Of a stretch of DNA of 64,000 nt, positions 58,656-64,000 are shown piece by piece. The translations under genes were made by a program, and so were the position numbers. Every line of letters begins with the position of its first letter. The first letter of the stretch is position 1. This DNA comes from the human T2T-CHM13v2.0 reference genome, Homo sapiens: the NCBI RefSeq assembly GCF_009914755.1, contig NC_060925.1. One strand, given 5' to 3'. The notes under the pieces were generated by a model. The model ran no database searches. It worked only from the letters and a program-made list of their open reading frames with translations, and was not told the DNA's origin.

Positions 58656-60185
58656 AGACACATGGACCAATGGAACAGAATAGAGAACCCAGAAATAAAC
58701 CCAAATACTAACAGCCAACTGATCTTCGACAAAGCAAACAAAAACATAAAGCAGAGAAATGACACTCTTTTCAACAAATGGTGCTGGGATAATTGGCTAG
58801 CCACATGTAGGAGAATGAAACTGGATCCTCATCTCTCAGCTTATACAAAAAGCAACTCAAGATTGATCAAGGACTTAAATCTAAGATCTGAAACTATAAA
58901 ACTTCTAGAATAAAACACTGGAAAAACCCTTCTAGACATTGGCTTAGGCAAGGATCTCATGACCAAGAAACCAAAAGCAAATGCAATGAAAACAAAGATA
59001 AATAGTTGGGACTTAATTAAGCTAAAGAGCTTTTGCAGGGCAAAAGGTACAGTAAGCAGAGTAAACAGACAACACATAGAATGGGAGAAAATCTCACAGT
59101 CTATACATCTGATGTTCAGAATCTACAATAAATTCAAACAAATCAGTAAAAATAAACAATCCCATTAAAAAGTGAGCTAAGGACATGAATAGACATTTCT
59201 CAAAAGAATATATTCAAATGGCCAACAAACATGAAAAAAAAGCTTAACATCACTAATGAATCAGGGAAATGCAACTCAAAACCACAATGTGATACTACCT
59301 TACTTTTGCAAGAATGGCCATAATCAAAAAATCAAAATACTTTTGTAAACATCAGCCACCATATTATTTAGCAAACAGCAATAAAACATAATTATTCAAT
59401 GTTTAAAACTTCTTACACATGTAGGTATCCCAAAATATGATCCTCACACATCTACTAAACAAATATTAAACTGATCACCTGATCACCGCATCCCACGTCA
59501 ATAGTAGATGTTGGCCTGGATGCGGTGATCAAAGAACACTTCTACACTGCTGGTGGGAATGCAAACTAGTACAGCCACTATGAAAAAACAGTGTTGAGAT
59601 TCCTTAAAGAACTAAAAGTAGAACTACCATCTGATCTAGCAATCCCAGTACTGGGTATCTATCAAGAGGAAAAAAGTCATTACATGAAAAACATACTTGC
59701 ACACACACGTTTATAGCAGCACAATTCACAACTGCAAAATCGTGGAATCAACCCAAATGCCCAGTAATCAACAAGTGGATAAAGAAACTGCAGTATATAT
59801 ATATGATGGAATACTACTCAGCCGTAAAAAGGAATGAATTAACAGCATTTGCAGCGACCTGGATGAGACTGAAGACTATTATTCTAAGTGAAGTGCCTCA
59901 GGAATGGAAAAATCAAATATCGTATGTTCTCACTGATATGCGGGAGCTAAGCTATGAGGACGCAAAAGCATAAGAATGATATAATGGACTTTGGAGACTT
60001 GGGGAGAAGAGTGGGAGGGAGGGTAAGGGATAAAAGACTACGAATATGGTGTAGTGTATACTGCTAGAGTGATGGGTGCACCAAAATATCACAAATCACC
60101 ACTAAAGAACTTACTCATGTAACCAAATACCACCTGTACCCCAATAACTTATGGAAAAATTAAAAAATTAATTAATTTTTAAAAA
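58656..60185 (+). mobile_element. L1PB1-like LINE, 5'-truncated (ORF2 3' part plus 3' UTR), interrupted at 59338-59499
   Basis: ORF2 peptides ([19 protein letters not shown]); 3' UTR gggtgcaccaaaat.tcacaaatcaccactaaagaacttactcatgtaaccaaataccacctgtaccccaataac. Confidence 0.9.
59340..59469 (+). repeat. Dispersed direct copy of 55379-55504
   Basis: cttttgtaaacatca.ccacc.tattatttagcaaa.agcaataaa.cataatt.ttcaatgtttaaaa...caaatattaa at both sites; ~88% identity by hand count. Confidence 0.93.
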
Positions 60186-60782
60186 GAAGAAAGTTATTAC
60201 CAAAGAAAATACAATAAAGATAACAACTTCCCTGTCTCATAAAAACACAAAAGACTTATATATACTTTGAGTTAGCTTTCCTCTCATTTTCTCTTGCGAC
60301 ATTATATTTTTTATTCTTTATTAGGAAAAGTTTATTATTTTAGAAGAAACAAAATTAATATAAATAAATTTTAATAGTCTAGCCCATATGCCAAAACCAT
60401 GAAGAAATTAATAAAAAATCCATATTTTATGATTTTGAACTTTAAGCATTTACAAAAACTCCCAAAACATGAGTGTTTTTAGATATAGATGGTACACTTC
60501 GTTAAAAGTTTCAATAGTACAATAAATAATCTATCCCATCACAGGCTTGTTGTCTGACAAACAAAAATTCAATCATATTTCCAGTATTTTGTGATTATAC
60601 TAGAAGACATATTACTGTATAGGGAAAACAGATGAAACTTTTCACCCAGAATTTTTATCACATATTTATATGTTATATGTCATTTTCTATTCTTACTAAG
60701 TACCGTTTTCATTTTAGGAGGGTTATTAAGCATGTGTGTATATTCCTTTATTATGCACGGATTTCACCTGAAAATCAATGCT

Positions 60783-61096
<314 letters not shown>

Positions 61097-61374
61097 AAAT
61101 CAATGTTTCTTAAAAATGAAATATCCTCATAGATTTGGTTACTTTTAGTTTACAATAAAATTTTTTAAATTCAACACACCTGATATATGAAGTTATGATA
61201 GTTACAGCATGTTAAAAAGACACAATATTATCACCTTGTTATGTTAGTACTAGCAATGAAGTCTTCCTGGAAGCAGAGATGACTTGGTAAAGAATTGCCT
61301 GAAGGTACACGTGCTCTTAACGAAATTGAGACATAGCTATGACTCCCAAAAACAATTACTGATTGAATACTTAC

Positions 61375-61455
61375 CACACTCAAATTTACAGGAGTATTTG
61401 CCTTTGGTACTGGGTGGTTATACAGTGATCTGAGAGTTTCATTCAAATCATTTTC
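61375..61455 (-). CDS. DENND1B: DENND1B coding exon (probably exon 7), 81 nt, phase 0-0: ENDLNETLRSLYNHPVPKANTPVNLSV
   Basis: Minus strand reads cctag|GAAAATGAT...AGTGTG|gtaagtat. The peptide matches DENND1B as I recall it and overlaps ORF 61231..61446. Confidence 0.95.
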
Positions 61456-63468
61456 CTAGGGCAAAAGAAAAAGTACATTTTATAAATAAAACATATACCA
61501 AGCAACTGCAATTAAAACTATTTGATAAAATAATCTACTATGGCTTTTCATATTAGACATATTTTATATAAATGTTTTCCACAGAAACATTTCAAATACC
61601 TGAAATTCAAATATTTGAGTCTAAAAATATGAAAACATATTTAAATCCCTTTATCCAGAAGAATAATGGCAATATTTCTATTTAGTATAAACATGTATTT
61701 GAAAAACTTAATTATTATAAAATATACTAATGCTATAAAAGTAAATTATCTAAATCATTAAATCCAATAAGAACTGGATTGAATAAAAATAGTAATACAA
61801 CTTTTTATCAGATCACAGAGTACTCTTATTTTCCATTTCATTTTAAAATCCCAAAGCAATTTTTAAGGAATAGAAACAATTTAAGTAAGATTATTTCACT
61901 GAAGTGCAATGTAGAGGTTATTCTAAATATTTCTTTTCTACATTGCTACTGGTCACTACTTGACCCACAATAAATGGGATTAAATAAAACATACAACAAA
62001 TCTACTTCATAGGATTTGTATAATAATAATGTGCCTTGATGTGCACCCTCAATTTTTCTGCATCACATACTACAAATCCAGTAATAAATATACAAAGATT
62101 TTTATAGACATAATTATCCTTATTCTCTATTTTCATATTGGAAAGAATAAATCAAAGGAAAAGGCAATTGTTCAGAGAAGTTAGCAATTTTAATAAGTTT
62201 GGATACGAGATATAGACTTCTCACGATCTTTCTTATGCCTTGTCTATCCACTTATACCAAAACTTAATAAATCAGAACTCTGTAACTACTTTCAAAAGTA
62301 TTCATTCAAAACTACCTATTTGAAGTACTCTTCAGAATGACATAAAAAGAACAAAAACAATGTATTTCTTGATCATTTAAACAACGAAATGTATCAGAGA
62401 ATACTGTAGATAATACCATTCCCCTTTGTAAAAGAGGCTCATATGGTTGTTTTAGAATTACCTTGTGCAAGGACTGCAAAATAAACAATTTACCTCTTGG
62501 ACTTTTAAACAATGAAGTATACCATAGAAAATTGTGGATCATATTGATATTCTGTTTATACAAAGTTCTTATAGGTATAAAAATTTTTAGACTAGCTTTT
62601 AAAAATTCTTTGCACTTTCTTACATTGATCAAGTAAGGATAACTTGAACTGTAAAAGTTACTTAAATAACCTATGGCACTGAATTAGAAATGAACAGAAA
62701 AAAGTACTACAATTACAGATTTATTTCTGGTTTAATTAATGCTATAAACTTATTTCTTCCTCAAATAAGGAACACAAATGGAGCCTCCCCTATTTCCTCT
62801 TCTCAGAAAGCCAAAATTATATAAATTTTCTCATAGCTATTTTCTTTTATGTATTCCAGTATTACTGATGGTTTCAGGAAAAAAAAAGATACACACTATG
62901 GAGATAATAATAATTTATCAGTAAGAGTTACTAAAAGTTACTAAATAAAGGAAAAGTATTCAAAATTTGGACAACTAATATAATTAATGTGAATTCCACA
63001 TGTACATTCACAAAAACAAAGAACAAGAAATTATCACGAATAATTTAACCAGAATTCTGGTTTTGACTTTTCATTGCAAAAAAATAAATAGTAGTATTTC
63101 CACTTATTTTCTTAGGCAAGTGAATGTCTGTACAGCTTCAACATAAAATTATTCAACTGTAAAATGATGTTAAGATATACTTCATAGAATTAAGCAATCA
63201 AATATATACAGAAAAATATTTACATGCACAAACACATACACATAAACAACTAGACTTTTGACAAACATTAAAACTTGCAATTACATTATAAAAAATTGGT
63301 TGACAATTTTAGAAGAGTAAAAGGACTACCTTAATTTATTAATAACACATTTAAATCCTATTTATATAAATAATACCTCCCTTACTTTCCAAGTGACAGA
63401 ACTGATTATCTGACTGATAAACACTGTACTTTAATCAAAGTCACAAGGATATTAGAAAATATAACTTA

Positions 63469-63766
<298 letters not shown>

Positions 63767-64000
63767 TTAAATCCAGGATTTCAGGGTTCAATCAAACCAC
63801 ATTGCCAAAAGTCCAGTTACCTTTGTATTACCAATACTGCATTAAGCTTCCTGGGAACATTTATAAAGATTTTAATTCTAAGGTGACTATACTCACCTTT
63901 ACTTGCGACCACCACCACTTAAGGCAAATGAAGGATTTCAGCTGATTTATCAAAATCATTAATTTTTATTCTTACAAGCTTATTTTCAAATATAGTCTGC

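Overview
AT-rich primate genomic DNA (it carries AluY and L1PA3-type repeats, so it is human or great ape). The window lies inside DENND1B (connecdenn 2, a DENN-domain Rab35 GEF), transcribed on the minus strand. Eight GT-AG coding exons (81, 60, 54, 111, 101, 46, 102 and 126 nt; 681 nt) splice into one continuous 227-aa frame, ENDLNETL...DALRYKP, probably exons 7-14. The rest is intron with about 12 Alu/FLAM copies, a 5.1-kb dead L1PA3-type element nested in an older inverted L1MC, an L1PB 3' end, an ERVL fragment with an LTR41-like LTR, MaLR LTRs, MADE1, MER33, MER5, L2 and MIR relics. I see no new protein-coding system. The most unusual signals are structural: (1) a compound templated insertion inside the L1PB (a ~126-bp copy of intron sequence from 4 kb away plus a fold-back copy of the adjacent L1); (2) a ~106-bp near-perfect non-TE palindrome; (3) an L1-in-L1 nest with twin-priming geometry and an in-frame ORF2/ORF1 junction; (4) four phase-0 exons bracketed by inverted Alus that would make a stop-free 306-nt circle; (5) candidate enhancer motif clusters. 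Repeat subfamily calls come from remembered consensus features and need RepeatMasker/Dfam confirmation.
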